Below, piece after piece: positions 45,539-59,519 of a stretch of DNA of 64,000 bases. Position numbers and translations under genes: made by a program. Source of the stretch: Psilocybe cubensis (lineage: Eukaryota); NCBI GenBank assembly GCA_017499595.2, contig CM039003.1, forward strand, positions 1 to 64,000, in the 5' to 3' direction. Position 1 is the stretch's first letter. Every line of letters begins with the position of its first letter. A model generated the notes under the pieces. The model made no database searches, had not been told where the DNA came from, and worked only from the letters and a program-made list of their open reading frames with translations.

Positions 45539-47153
45539 ATGGCTTACATTCCAGACAACAACGCCGCCGCTCAGGATGTAACCACCGGCTCTCAGCACAC
45601 GGCGGCACTGTTTTTGAGTAACCTCCACAATCCCATTCAACCTACCTTCGTATCGGGATCATATCCTTCTACAAATCTGGAAGACACAAACAGTAAGCAA
45701 TAGGGCTGTTTATTTGTGCTGCGCGACGCTTACAGTAGCACGATAAGCAGCGATATTCACCGAGTCGGATGAAGGATGCTCATACCCACTATTTCCAACC
45801 CCAGCCACTCACTCGTCTTCGATTTCCCATGTTCAACAAGCGTCAGGTTCCTCATCCCGCCATAAACTGTCCCCGGAGCCTACACTAGAGCCATTTCCCG
45901 ATTATTCTTTTGAAGACATCAATCGTAAGGATTGAGTTCTTATGCACGATTTCACGCTGACCGAGCATCGACAAATAGCATTGTTTAGTTCCTCGTTTGA
46001 CCTTGTCCCCATGATAGGTCCAGGACGCGTGTCAAGTCCCAATCCATACACAGTATTTCCAGACCCTGCTATTCAACCATCCACTTGGTATTCAAAAATT
46101 CGTCCAACCAGTCCAAAAACCTCTCATCAGACAAGCAGGCGTCAATCTCTACCTCCCACAAACTTTGGCAAACATGCGTCAACGAACGTGGATGATGGGT
46201 GCGTCTATCGTGGCGGAATTAGGTTAAAACTAATCAATTTCTTCAGGAATTATCCATCCACGTCCTCAACAAGTGCTGCCCCAGACCATGTGCAGCCAAA
46301 TCGTTTTATCGATGTCATTCACAGTGGAGTTTGCTTTGCCGACACCAATCCATCTATACAGGCGGCACATACCCATACTAGGGTGCCCACAGAAGATGAG
46401 AAACGAAGACGAGAATTGCTTCCAACGCCTTCAAGCGTTGAGCAATTGATTTCATACTATCACATTGGGAGCCAACGTCATCTCTCAGGCGATAGTGCCA
46501 GCAGTTTCCACTCCTATATGGGAGAAAAGGAAATAAATTATCAGGGATCCATTCAGATGGACTTGAACCGCGAGGGAAGCTCCGGGGGTAAGCCCGTCGA
46601 GCCTCTTCCTAGGCTTGGACGCCATGATGGAGGGTATGATAACCTGTTTCCCTTTCTCATTTCCAGAGTGTGAAACTGAATCCAATGTGTCGCATAATTT
46701 CTTTAGAATGGCAAACTATACCCCAAAAATAAAGAGGTACGAGTCATCCTATCGTCCAATGAACGAACATATGCCAACTGACTGTGACTGTTGAAACTAG
46801 GCGAGCAGCCAATGCTTCCCAATATACTCGGAAGCGAAGAATATCGACGGCAGACAGCGAGAGGTATGTTCCACTCACTATTTCTCATTAATCTCAACCT
46901 CTGACATTCCATCCCATCCCAATTGCACTTTGATCTAGGTGTGAACCCGCTTCTGCCGTTAAGCGGGCACGAACATGGTCGCCACTGGACCCATGTCGTG
47001 AAACAAGCACTTCGGCAGGGACCGAGGTTCTTCGGGAAGAAAGGGCGGCCACAGACAGGGTCGCAGAGACAAAGAGGGCCGCACCGAGGCCGCAGATTCA
47101 GCCGGCACAACCGAGGTGCCTGGCTGACGGGTTCTCGCAGGGACGTTTGGTAA
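45539..47153 (+). CDS. Hypothetical multi-exon Ser/Pro-rich protein, possibly decayed
   Basis: Coding-like ORFs 45491-45703, 45942-46673 and 46923-47153 with splice-like boundaries; no recognised domain. Confidence 0.3.
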
Positions 47154-47626
47154 TAAAAGAGCGCCCGCGTCACCGAAAAAAAGGCGGAGAACTCGCCTTT
47201 CAGGTGATAGAGGCTCCCTGAGAGCAGCTCCCAGAGTTTGATGCCATATAGGCACCAAACAAAAAGTAGTTAGTATCCAATAAAAATTTAATATAGTACA
47301 AATACCTTGGACTCCACAAAATATTGATAAGTCTGACCACTATTCAACTCTTTCATGGTGTGAATATTGTTGTCGCACAAAGGGTTCAGTGTTGGGGAGT
47401 GAGATAAGAATTCGGTTATCTTCGAGATAATCAAAATGTCATGTGACCATGTGAAATTCAGTTCCTTGAATCCCAAGTGCCGAAATGCCTAGGAATATCC
47501 GGGTCCAAGGGTCAAGGATGCAGGAGATAGAATGAAGCAAAGAAAGGGCGTTCATGTTTTTTCAGAGTGAATATTGTCTATGATCAGAGATGCCGTTCTC
47601 AAACTGAGCCTGCTAAATTCCCATTC

Positions 47627-48036
47627 ACCCACTCAGCTTACGAGGCAGTGATTTAGATTTGGGTGATATCAGACAGGAGAAAAATTGGTAGATGAGCAGC
47701 ATGTGTTCATTGTGTTCATTCTCATACTGTATATATCAAAAAAGGCCACTCTCAAGGACCAGAAACACAGTACTAGTAATGTCCGGTCATCAGTATTGTG
47801 ACATGGATAGATCAGCGAATCACCTACTTCGAGCCCCAGTTGAAGGTTAGTGCAATCAGAATTAATCTCGGGATTCCATTCCAAGAACTGCGCCAAGGTG
47901 ATATTGAACTGGGTCTCGATCTTGAAGCAGAATTCTCCAGAGACTGCGGTGTAATATAGCTTGCACCCCTGTGCCGGTGTAATTGTGCCACTTGCCGTTG
48001 GGCTTGTAGCTGGGGCAGTAGTGATTGTGCTTGTGG
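47627..48036 (-). pseudogene. Duplicate of the last LysM module and 3' UTR of the LysM gene
   Basis: Nearly identical to 54428-54839 ([42 protein letters not shown]). Confidence 0.8.
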
Positions 48037-48319
48037 CCGTTCCAGACAACACGGCCTAAGATGTAGTCAGTACATGGCAGCACTGTGTTCTGTGTGGAAG
48101 GCTATCACTCGCTTAATGAATTTTCTGGCGAGTTTGTACTCGGATAAATGTCGAGATCTAAAAATAGCCTCAAAAGTCCATGCATTGTAACACCTTCAAT
48201 TTATCGTACAAGCAGAGGTTAGCCCCGCCCGAAGGCCATACTGGGGCGTAACCGGTCTATCTACAGAGGAAATAACTTACGTGATACCACCAACTGCGAG
48301 CGGGAAGGTCACCCGAAAC

Positions 48320-49745
48320 ATTGAGTTGGCGCATAACTAACAATTCTGGGTAAGTACAGTTTAAATGCTCATACTGGAATCAACTTACCATTCTCACATT
48401 GCAGCACACATACACCGCAGACTCTGAAAATCCGTCGTAGTGCTGTGAAACTCTCCTACAGTTTAAAGGCCAGCTTCTGGGCGGTATAACAGCAAAGTGC
48501 TTGCAAATAACTGACGGCCAGACCGCAGGATGCGTCGGGGCATAACTAACAATTCCGGGTAAGCAGAGTTTCAACGCGCATACTGTAATCAACTTACCAC
48601 TAGCTATATCTGCACAACCGCATACATGCAACCACGGTATTCGAGTAGTGTGGAACCGTTGTCCCATCACAGGACCCATAGACTGCGCAAAAGACCGCAG
48701 ATCCCACAAAGATGTTGTGGCACGGGAAGGGGATATATAGCGGCGGCGTATGTGACAAGGTTGCTTGGAAACAGCTGACGGCCAGACCGCCGGAAATCAA
48801 TACGGACTAACTAACAATTCCAGGTAAGCAGAGTTTCAATGCGCATACTTTCATCAAGTTACCTCAACCTGTATCCAGCGGCTCACGGGATTGTCTTACA
48901 AAACGAGGCCAAGGCAGCTCGTCCGACGTTGATACGTTGCGTCAGAGCACAACGAGTTCACAAAACCTGGGTAAAAAAAGTCAAGGAAGGAATAGAACAA
49001 GTATAAGGCGTCAACTTACACCTCGCAGGACATGGTCCACCTATCCACATGATCGGCTTGACAACGCAGCTCGGCGGACGTCGATACATTGTGTCAGTGC
49101 ATAAATCTGAATAAAACGGTCAAAGAAGGTTTGATACGAGTACAGAACATGGACTTACAGTTCCCACAACACCGACAGACCTATCAACATACAGCGGCTC
49201 ATGGTATGAGAGTGGGGAAGGCAGCACGACACCATATCTCGGCCTAACTTCATAGCATTACGAGTAAAAAACCTGGATAAAAAGTCAGCTAGAGACTGAA
49301 AAAGACAATGAATGCTTCTTGAAAACGGGCCACGGAACCGCAACACCCTAGCTCGGGGGACATCGATATGTTGTGTCACAGCATTACGAATGAAAAACCT
49401 GGATAAAAAGTCAGACAGAGCGTAGAAAAGTGGGAGACATAGACTCACAGTGCATACATCTCGAAAACGGGCCAGGGGAGCCCAATATCCTAGCTCGGCG
49501 GACGTCGATATGTTGCGTCAGAGCAACACGAGTGGAAAAACCTGAATAAAAAGTCAACGAGGGAATCAAACATACACAAAACGTGAACTTACCATTGCCA
49601 CAACCCCAACATGACTGTCCTGCTCACCGGAACTCGATAAATAGCGTCGAGATGAAAACTACAATACAAGGTCAGACATAGGCCAGCAAAGCAACAGGCA
49701 AAACATACCTTGTTCAACCTTGCAACAGCGCTCGGCGGACGTCCA
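48320..49745. repeat. Degenerate tandem repeats of two unit types carrying splice-like signals
   Basis: Three copies of ACTAACAATTC..GGTAAG.A.AGTTT.AA.GC..ATACT..ATCAA.TTACC and five copies of GCTCGGCGGACGTCGATA..TTG.GTCA. Confidence 0.65.
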
Positions 49746-51869
49746 AAAATCAAATCAGAATCTGCAGAGCATCGTTAGCGTGGTGCTACAAAAAAGAAAC
49801 AAGAAAACCTTCACTCAATGATGGGGTTCGCGGTCAAGAGCGGTGACCGTGCGCATCAACAAGAGTTGTTTGGCACAGCCAAACACTTGATAGGGGCATA
49901 GCGACGGATGAACAGACATACTGAAAGCATGGACGCATAACGAACTGCTGCTGCATATTCAAAACAAGTCAGCCTTTATACATTTCTCCTGTAAGGGTCT
50001 AAGGGTCTTTCTTATTTTTTCCAGTTTTTTAACGCACCACTTTGCTAGTCTGATCACTTGGACTAGTGTTCTCGTCATCCATTCTCGTCTCCGAGACTCA
50101 CGAAATATGTAAAAAAAATTTAATGCCATAACCCGTCTTAGAATATCCTGTGCAGTATTACTCGGTCAAATGCAATGTAGTATCTAATCTCACGGCACTT
50201 GGACTGCAGCAAGCTCTCACAGCATTAGGGCTACAGCAAGCAGATTTCACAGACTACATGCCAGGGGGGGCTGGCCATGGCATAGGCACGCATACTCACA
50301 GAAAACTGCAATAAAGAAACTAATTTTGCAACCTCGTAAGTACATCGTCTAGCCTCGGCGGTGCTTCAATCCAGCGCCTGGCTGTTAGGAAGCCCGTTCG
50401 ATGGTTTAATGTTGCCTACCAACAGGCATGAGTTCTGCTTCAATTTACGTCTCGTCCGCACGCTAGCCTCGCTGGCAGAACGTACATTGCTCCTATTTCT
50501 TACCAAACAATCTTGCTGGCAGCACTTGGAGCGTAATTCCTGTTCCCAAAATAAACATCTAATTTGGTCACGACGCGTCGCGTCCGAGATGCGTATCAAA
50601 CACCTAATCAATGACGACCGACAGTGTAACATGTTGTAAAAGTGATTAGGTGCGGGTGATTCCTCGAAATCCACATTAGGTCTAGTGAAACACGCCCGAT
50701 TTTTTTTGGAATCGCAATCTCGGTCAATAATTTTAAATCTGCCTAAAATGGCGTCGAGGCACCGACATACGTAAATCTGTGCAATGACGCAGATTTCAAA
50801 ATAGAACGCCATGTCCCAGATGGTGGAGGTACGCACATAGTTGATTACTGGAGTACAGATCTATGCCACATGGATTCCAAAGCGATACACTATAATTGAA
50901 CAGAGTTGCGTACCTTGATTTTCTCTCGTCAATCATACAAACCCGCAATGCGATCGAGGTAAAGCTTATCATTTGTACCTTGAATTTCTACTTACTTATT
51001 TTAAACATGCAGTCGGTTTGCACTGGCTCTTTTGGGATTAGCGCGCCGAACCTTTGGGTCAAAATCAAGGCCGGAATACTACTTTGAGGCGGCAAATGCA
51101 GTGTGGGAAGGATAACACAAAGATGACGTGGAGGCTCGAATCGTGAATTGGGCATAGATAAGTTATGTAGACGAGATGAGACGACCTCTTAACTGTGTAT
51201 AGAGTAAATGTGGAGATTCATTGAATGCAAATGTACCTTTATAAGAACTCAAAACGCATAAACGCGGCTATTTACCATTGAACACGAAATCTAAACGCAA
51301 TGCGATACCTGGGGAAGATGAATACGTTTGCAATGCATCAGTACATCGTATACAAGGGAGATCAAACTGTTCATCAAAACCCAGAAAATCATACCATACT
51401 CAAAGGTCAATATCATCTTCCTCCCCCGATACATCGTTCCAGCTCATTCCAGTCGCTTTATTTCTGCACCATTCCAAGTTCAGGTTAGGCTAACAGCGCT
51501 CAGCTAAACATAACGTTGTCACGGCGATTCGAAGTTTCCCAGAAGTTTGGTGAATTCCAGTTGCAATATGAGCATTTCCAGGAGGAAACACATAAGTGGG
51601 GGCCGTGTTAGAGCTGTTTTAAGCGTTATCGACCTTCTGTGGTACATATACAGTACACAAGGCTGTGTAGATGGTTGATTGAGAATATGAAGCCGGCGGA
51701 ATGGGTGGAAAATGCCGAAATTTTGAGATGATCCTCAGAGTAAATAAACACGATGAAAGCTCTCGTGTTGGTCATACCGTGGGTAATACATGTTTCTTAG
51801 ACTTTGCAATGTGTAGTAAAGTTATAAAACAGCGGTGAAGTGATAGCAATGCCCTGCCGAGCGTGTCAG

Positions 51870-53500
51870 GCAAAGCGGAGTTTGAATGTCCTTGACAACA
51901 GCAAGGACAAACAACGCGACTCTTGTCGTGTTCCACCACCATCCACGACCGCGACCCGTCTCTTCCCCCAGCCACTCGAATGACAACACAAACTCCGAAA
52001 TACGCGACTGGGGGGATGGGTTGAAGGATACCAGGGTCTAAGCACAGAGGAGGGGGGAGGAGCATCTAGGTGAGTGGTAATGTTTGATTTTTTTTTTCTT
52101 TTCGCTTTGGCGCCTGGAACCGACACTGCGGGAATACTGCAAGCCTCCACCTCCACCTCTATCATCCTCGTTTCCCCACTGCACTGGAAACACATTCTGC
52201 ATCGACGCCAGTGCAGCAACACTGTGTCCATATGACATTTGTGTGCTGGCCTGTGTCGTGACGGATGATCAAGTTCGTGATATCCAGTGCAGTGGAAATG
52301 ATGTTTTTGCTATCTCGTGTTCTATATGTTGTTTGCTGTGCGCAAACTCATGCCTTATGCGCTACCCCGTTAATACGACGGCGAGCTCGACATGGACGCC
52401 AAGCATCTCTCCTCCGGTTTCATCCGTTTGTTGGAATCTGCGGTTATATCAATGCTGGTGAGTCAGGTTACTTCACACTTCACGCTCATTCTCTATACCA
52501 CCATTCCGTTGATATCTTGACGACATACTACCCTCACCCTCCTGTTTACCCCCAACTCACTCCCCTCAATGTTCTTCGATTTTTGCACCCATCTATGTCG
52601 TGTTATTTGCTAGGCCAAAGGCAGCACAGCACAGGGTTCCATGAGCTCCATTTGGTTTGATGCCCTCCAGAGCGATCTCGAGAGCCGACTTCTAATACAT
52701 CTTTAAGAGTGTTGTCGTCGGGATGGGCGCAGACATGGGCGTGGGTTTCAGTGTGGTGAATATGAACCACACTGATGCCTTCCCCATCTGCACTGTACCT
52801 CAACAGGTCCATGTACTCCCCATCCAATTGTCCGCCTGATTATGCACTTCACATTTTCCATCACCTCTACCAGGAACACCTTTTTGTCTCACCATCCTTC
52901 TCTGTGTTGGCGTCACCCCCACACCCTCAATAATGATCTCACATGTGTCGCAGGGTCTTAAAAAAAGCTACGATGACGCTTGGGATGCTCCCCAGCCTCT
53001 AGACGGCGCATATATGCACTTAGACATCCAAGCGCAGTGCACAAATACTTACGTTTACAGGTCTGAGGACAGTGTCTTGGTGTACATGGTGATGCGGTTG
53101 CTCCCTTCGAGAAGCTCGATGTGCATGCAGGCGTGTAGGAGGGTTGTACAGTGGTTTTGCAGGTGTGTGCTTTGACTCTACTTTGCGTGCATATAATACG
53201 CCATCTCCTGCGCTGCGGTGCGATGGTTATCTGATTTGAGCAGCTAAGCGCTACGGGAGTGTCTGTCGTCCCTATCTTGCTGTCTGGAAAGTTCTTTTTA
53301 GTGTTTTGTTTCCATCGGCACTCGGGACTGGACGTTGACCCTGTATACATAGCGAACGCCGTGGTCGTCTCTATGGCTGTATTTGAGTCTGAGTCTCAGG
53401 CTGGCTGGAAAATCGGTCTCTCGTGCCTCTGAGTGTGTACCTGGGTGTCGACTCACAGCACAGAACATGTGATTGTCTATGTGTCTGTGTTTTTTATTGA
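51870..53500 (+). repeat. Degenerate dispersed repeat family, copy 4 (boundaries approximate)
   Basis: Anchor at 51875; shared blocks near 52176, 52442 and 52730. Confidence 0.55.
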
Positions 53501-54554
53501 CTGGTTTACCACGACCCCTCTGGTGGCCTATGCCAGTGCCGTACAACCTCTGTGTAGGTCGTATAATTTCTAAAAACTGGCATGTATCGTATTTCTGCCG
53601 CTCGTCATCTGTGCTGCGCCCGAAAGTGTGACATCCTCAAATTGCTTTGCAAGGCGGCTCTGGAATTTGACTCTCGACGGCCGCCGTATGCTCAGCTCTG
53701 TGCCTCAAGGCACAGTTTATCTGCGCATTCCCGTCATCCGTGTAGTACACAGATACGAATGCTGCCTCTGGTGCGTATGAATTCTTGCGTACACCAGTGT
53801 TTTCATTTTTATGGGTTTCTGCCACACCCACCAAATCTACAACATAATTCGATCCAGACCCGTACACGTCAATATTGAGGTCAACACCTGCGCATTCAAA
53901 GAGCATGTCGGCGTCGAGTTTACAGACATCCCTGTCATCGTGCTCGTGCTCGTGCTCGTGCTCGTGTATGTGTTTGCGTTCGTGTTGTCTCTCTTCATCT
54001 TACTATCATTATTCCTTGTTTTAGAAATAACCAAAATCAAAATCAAAACGAAAGAGAAGATGAAACCAGAGAGGTATGCGCAACGCTGATGGAGGGTGTA
54101 ACCGCATAATATACCACCCGTGCCGAACTACGAGGTGAGTGGGAGCGAGACGGTATTAGACGCGTAAACGTACGGACTAACAAGCACAACTCAAACTAGC
54201 GCGAGAGAGAGTAATTGAGCAAAATTTGATGCGTAAATTTGTTGTGAGTGGTGTGTGGAGTTGCTTGAATTTCTTCAGTAGCCAGCTAAGCTTAGAGAGC
54301 GATGCAGGGGCAAGAAGATTGTGAGGCTCAGAGGGTATATTCCACTGGGGTCCTTCAAGGTCCCCCTTCGAATAACCAAGGTCCGTTCATTCTTTGTTCC
54401 GTCCCCAGCACCATACCGGTTCCTACAACCCACTCAGCTTACGAGGCAGTGATTTAGATTTGGGTGATATCAGACAAGAGAAAATTTGGTAGATGAGCAG
54501 TGTGTGTTCATTGTGTTCATCCTCATACTGTATATATCAAAAAAAAGGCCACTC

Positions 54555-57500
54555 TCAAGGACCAGAAACACAGTACTAGTAATGTCCGGTCATCAGTATT
54601 GTGACATGGATAGATCAGCGAATCACCTACTTCGAGCCCCAGTTGAAGGTTAGTGCAATCAGAATTAATCTCGGGATTCCATTCCAAGAACTGCGCCAAG
54701 GTGATATTGAATTGGGTCTCGATCTTGAAGCAGAAATCTCCAGAGACTGTGGTGTAATATAGCTTGCACCCCTGTGCCGGTGTAATTGTGCCACTTGCCG
54801 TTGGGCTTGCAGCTGGGGAAGTGGTGATCGTGCTTGTGGACGCCGCTAGATCAAGGTAAGTATATGGATTATATGGTTGCGTTGTTTGGATACTCACGAC
54901 CAGCAACACAGTATTGAAGCCCAACGAAGATATTGTCGCCTATGTGCGTGTGGGTTAGATGGTGAGCCTTTTATGGCGGAGCCGACTCACAGTTAGCGTC
55001 AACTTCTGGATTCCATTGTTGGAATTGCGCAAACGTTATAGAGAATTTTGACTCTATCGCTGGGCATGAGTCGCCTGAGCTGGTGGACTGTTAACGTACG
55101 ACTCAAGCAATTTTTAAATTGAACTTACACAACGGTGTAGTATTCTGTGCATCCGACGGTTCTATTTGCAACCATTTCGATCAGTCATATCACGAGATAC
55201 TAGACACGCTGGCAGCTTACATTGTTCCGGAGGCTGTTGGACTTGGTACAGGTGTTGAACTGGAAGAAACTGTGCTCGCTGGGCCGCTGACACAGTACGC
55301 CAAACCTACTTGAATATTTGTGCCTTCCAGGGTCCTGTCAGTCGAAATAAAGACGCTGAATTAGAGGCCTAGGCTCACATCCAGAATTGCTATTCAGCTC
55401 TGACGTTAATATGAGGACTTAAAAAGGAACTGAAAGAATGTTACATTTCAGGATTCCAAGTAAGCAGTTGGTCAAGTGTGATCCCGAATTGATCGTCTAT
55501 CTTTCCGCACAAATCACCAGATCTGTGAATGAATCTTAATTGTTGCCGATTGATCAATGAAGAATACAGTGACGCACTGAACAGTGTAATATTCTGACAT
55601 TTTTCAAGACGTTAATAGGGCGAGCTGAAGGAGCTTACAGACTGGACAGACCTAAGCATCCCGTTGTGATCGTACCACTCGCAATATTCGTTGGAGTGCT
55701 TGATGGAATCCCAGAGGTAGGGCTAGAAGCTGAGACAGTCGAGGATGCGACAGTCGATGTTGGTAGAAGCGTGATGATGGGAGTCGTGAATGTAATCGGC
55801 CCATATACACAATACGCCAGTCCGACCTAAGTGGTAGTCAGACATGAATTACTACAGGGATCAGTAGAACACGGTCTTTCCACCTCTATGTTAGTGCATT
55901 CCGAGTTGACCTAATCGGGTCTCAGCTCGCGTAATTGGCCATGTAGAAATAAAGCAATGCAGACCTGTGGGTTCCACTGATGGAACCAACTATCCTGGAT
56001 ATTGAATATAACTTCAATCCCGAAGCAAGTATCACCCGGTTGGACAGTGTAGTCTTCATGTACGCCATGAAATCGAGTGAGTATAGAGCTTGTTAGATAG
56101 TTTACGGCTTACATCGAAGACATGTGCTATTATCTATCGTTCCTGGGGCAATTGTAGGGGGAATGATAACTTGTTGGGTCCGAGTAGGGGCAGTTGGTGG
56201 GACGGTCACCGGGGAAGCGCTGACATTTCCGGTGGCAGTTACCTGGGCAAATCCTGTACCCACTGGGAAATCGGAGCCATCTGAATCATATAAAGGTATC
56301 AGTGCTAGGTTTTGGCACCTATTACTGATCAATCCTCACTGAAATAATTTATCATAGACGCAAAGGTGGATGTAGGCAGAGGAGTCGTTGTTGTTCCAGA
56401 AGTATCTTCTCACAAATTTATTTAGATTGTGGTATACGATATAGAATGATCTTCGTCGAGACACACCTTGAAAAGCGGCGACGCAATAGTCAAACCCTGC
56501 TAGCAGATTATCGCACTATGTGACAATGTGTTCAGCCACAGACACCCAAAGATTACGGTCTGCCGACTCACATTTTGGTCTAGAGAGGGGTTCAACTACA
56601 CGGTAAATATTAATTACGAATTTACGTTGGAAATAAAGTGGAGAAGATGGCTCACCTCATAGAAAGTGTCGTTCGTAATTTGGAAATGCTGTACTATTTG
56701 TGGGCAAGTGTCTTGTAACAGGGGTAAATCCGAAGTACCAGCATTGACAAAGCACTGGCTCACCTCCTGCCACTGCTTGGTACCAAAGACCGCATTCGCG
56801 GTCAGAGCCTGGAGCAATTGCGGCAGTAGGTGTACTGCATCAGCTACATCAGATAAATTTGTTTCGAAATACTTAAAATTCATACGCAATAGCAGTGGGC
56901 GACCCTAATTTGACAAAATGCCTTCACATCGTGATCGAACCTAGTAGATATGGAGTCACCTGTGACAATTGGCACCGTCGTAGTCGGTGTATATCCACCC
57001 CCAGGCGGACTAATACATATCCCTTTCCCGACTTGGCTATCGATATTGGAGCAATAGCTATCAAGTTGCCTAGATGCATGAAACGACGATTCAGAGCTAG
57101 AGACGAGGTTTACAAACATGCAGACATACGGGTTCCATGCAATGAGCTGTGTCCAGCCAATGTTGTTTGCCTGATAAATCGTAACACACGTATCATTCGC
57201 TTGTACTGTGTAAAGGGTGCAGGATCCAGGGAGACATATGGGCTGTCCACCGGCTGGAAGCGTGGTACAATTGACGTCCAGCCCGTTGACCGATATTAAT
57301 TGGTCATACGAGAGGCTGTGACTTTGTGCAATGGATTGACATGTGTCTCCGTTCTAGACTTGAAGGTTGGATAAGTTGCAGGACAGTTTGGTGCATTCAG
57401 CTTACCTGTACTGTATAGGTACTGAAAACGCAGTTATCTGCGGATGCTGGTGCAACCATTGGTTTCCTGGTAAAATTAACAATGCTAAGACAAAGTATGG

Positions 57501-58405
57501 TGTAAAAGTTGGATTTGGCTCACGCTGTGACATTGAATGTTGTAGCATTGGCATTGATTTCGTTCAGTAGAAGACTTGGTGGAATAGTATTGTCGAACGA
57601 GACTCCGCATTCAGTCTGTATCGCAGTCCAATTTTGAACGCTTCCCATGACATTATCAGATTTTGTGCATTCAGCTAGATGATAACTTACAAATTTGAAT
57701 CCCACCCAAAGGAGCTTTCCATTTGAACTGCTAAGGGTTGAATGGTACACGTAGAGCAGAGCTCAGATTTAGGTAAAGTAAGTAGTGAGGTATCAGTTGT
57801 TGAGGTCGAATTCTAAAAAGTGTCTGAATCACACACACTCTCGAGGCAGCCGTCACGACAAACTCACTTGAGCAATGTTAAGACAAAATGTGGATCCCGA
57901 CATGACACAGGACTGGAATGTTGGTTTAGGAAGGTACGTGGCTAACTAGATTGGCTCGAAAATACCAGGTTTAAATGATACTGAAGCCAGCGAACCCTAT
58001 AGATTTTGAGAGGCGGTTGGTCAATATTTTGTTCCGCTTGATCCAAATGTTCAATACAAACGGAAAAGATGGGATGTAGCTTGTATCTCCCAGTATAAAT
58101 GGCCATCCTGAACAGACTGTATCGATGTTTTTAATTGTATTTGCAAGCGAAGAAAAGCAAGTAGGGGTGCATAACAACGACAAATCAGATGAGGTGAGGT
58201 TTGGTAGAGGTGATGCAGAACTCGGAATTGTAAATGCAATTGTGCTATTGCACTGAAACTGCGTAGCAAGTGCATTGGCGCAGTTTGGGTCTGAAGGGAG
58301 AGGATAGATGTCGGATGCATTGGAGAATATGGAAAATGTTGCCTGTGTTTGGGCTCTCACAGAAGTGAGAAAATATGCTAACAAAAAGAGGGCCATTAAG
58401 GCCAT
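54555..58405 (-). CDS. Secreted multi-LysM (CBM50) domain protein, multi-exon
   Basis: Signal peptide [18 protein letters not shown]; several fungal LysM modules (YTV.SGD.C..I...F.I....F..WNP..N..C.N); Thr/Pro linkers; ends YCVSGP*. Confidence 0.88.
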
Positions 58406-59519
58406 AGTGGATTCTCAAAGATGGTGGGCCACAGATAGATTCGAGCATTTTGTAAAACCCATTAAGAGGGTAGGAGCACGCCGCCACGTGGCGTGTGCTC
58501 CTCATTACAGTAACCGTGCTCTACATGGATTATTGTTGAGCAAATTAGTCACTTGAGCGCCTAGCTGTCAGCGTGAATTGGAATGAAGAGCATGGTTCCC
58601 GTCTATCAATGCTCAATGCCCACCCACGGATTGTATTAATAGGATACATAGGTTGCTATTTAAATTACTACCACAAGGTCGTGTATTTATTAATGGTCAA
58701 AAAATTGCTAATCGGCCTTCAGGGTATTCAATTTTCTGGGTACTGGTCAGACTCGGGATATTTCCGAACGTGGAATAGCACAGGATACTTGTCGAGTGCT
58801 CAGGTGGTTTAGGTTAAGAAACTTCAGGCTTTAAAGATTCCCTAAGAAGCTCCAATAGCGGTCCACTATCCGTTGGTTGTCAGAGATTATCCGTGGGAAG
58901 GCCGCCTACCGCGCCGACCAGATATCCAACGTGTGGAAACCTTGTTTCACCTGTTTTAACTTTGACAGCTCTCTTGAGTTTCGTATCATGGAAGCCCGCT
59001 CAAACTCTGGTGCTTGATCTCTCAAACCATTTTTTAGAAGGCTACACCCCGAATTAAGCACGCCCAAACGAACAACTTTCAACCTACTTAATTAGCAGAT
59101 AAAGGTCCTTTTCTGTCTGCAGCGTTAATTAACACCGTGTATATAGGCTGGTGACGTGGCTGGGTTCAAGGATTCCCATTACTTTGTCAATTGCCATTTC
59201 TACATTCTGGTTGAGTCTTCTCAATGCTCGTCATGATATTTGGGGCTCCTCATGACACTTGGGCATGACATATACTCTCCTTGTTCTCCCGTGGGCGTCA
59301 ACAGGTTGTCAATAAAACGGTCCAGCCACTCCGGTCTAATGCCACGTCACGTAGAGGAAGGCGAGTAATTATATCTTGTTTTGTTCGGCACTGAATCTTA
59401 CGATCAGGTTAATGACTAAATACAGCAGAAAGTAATAAAGGATCTCTCAGATTAATTTTGCTAGATATTCAAAGCGAGTGTCTCTTTTCTTGTCGTTCGA
59501 TAAATCCCGACTGGACGCC

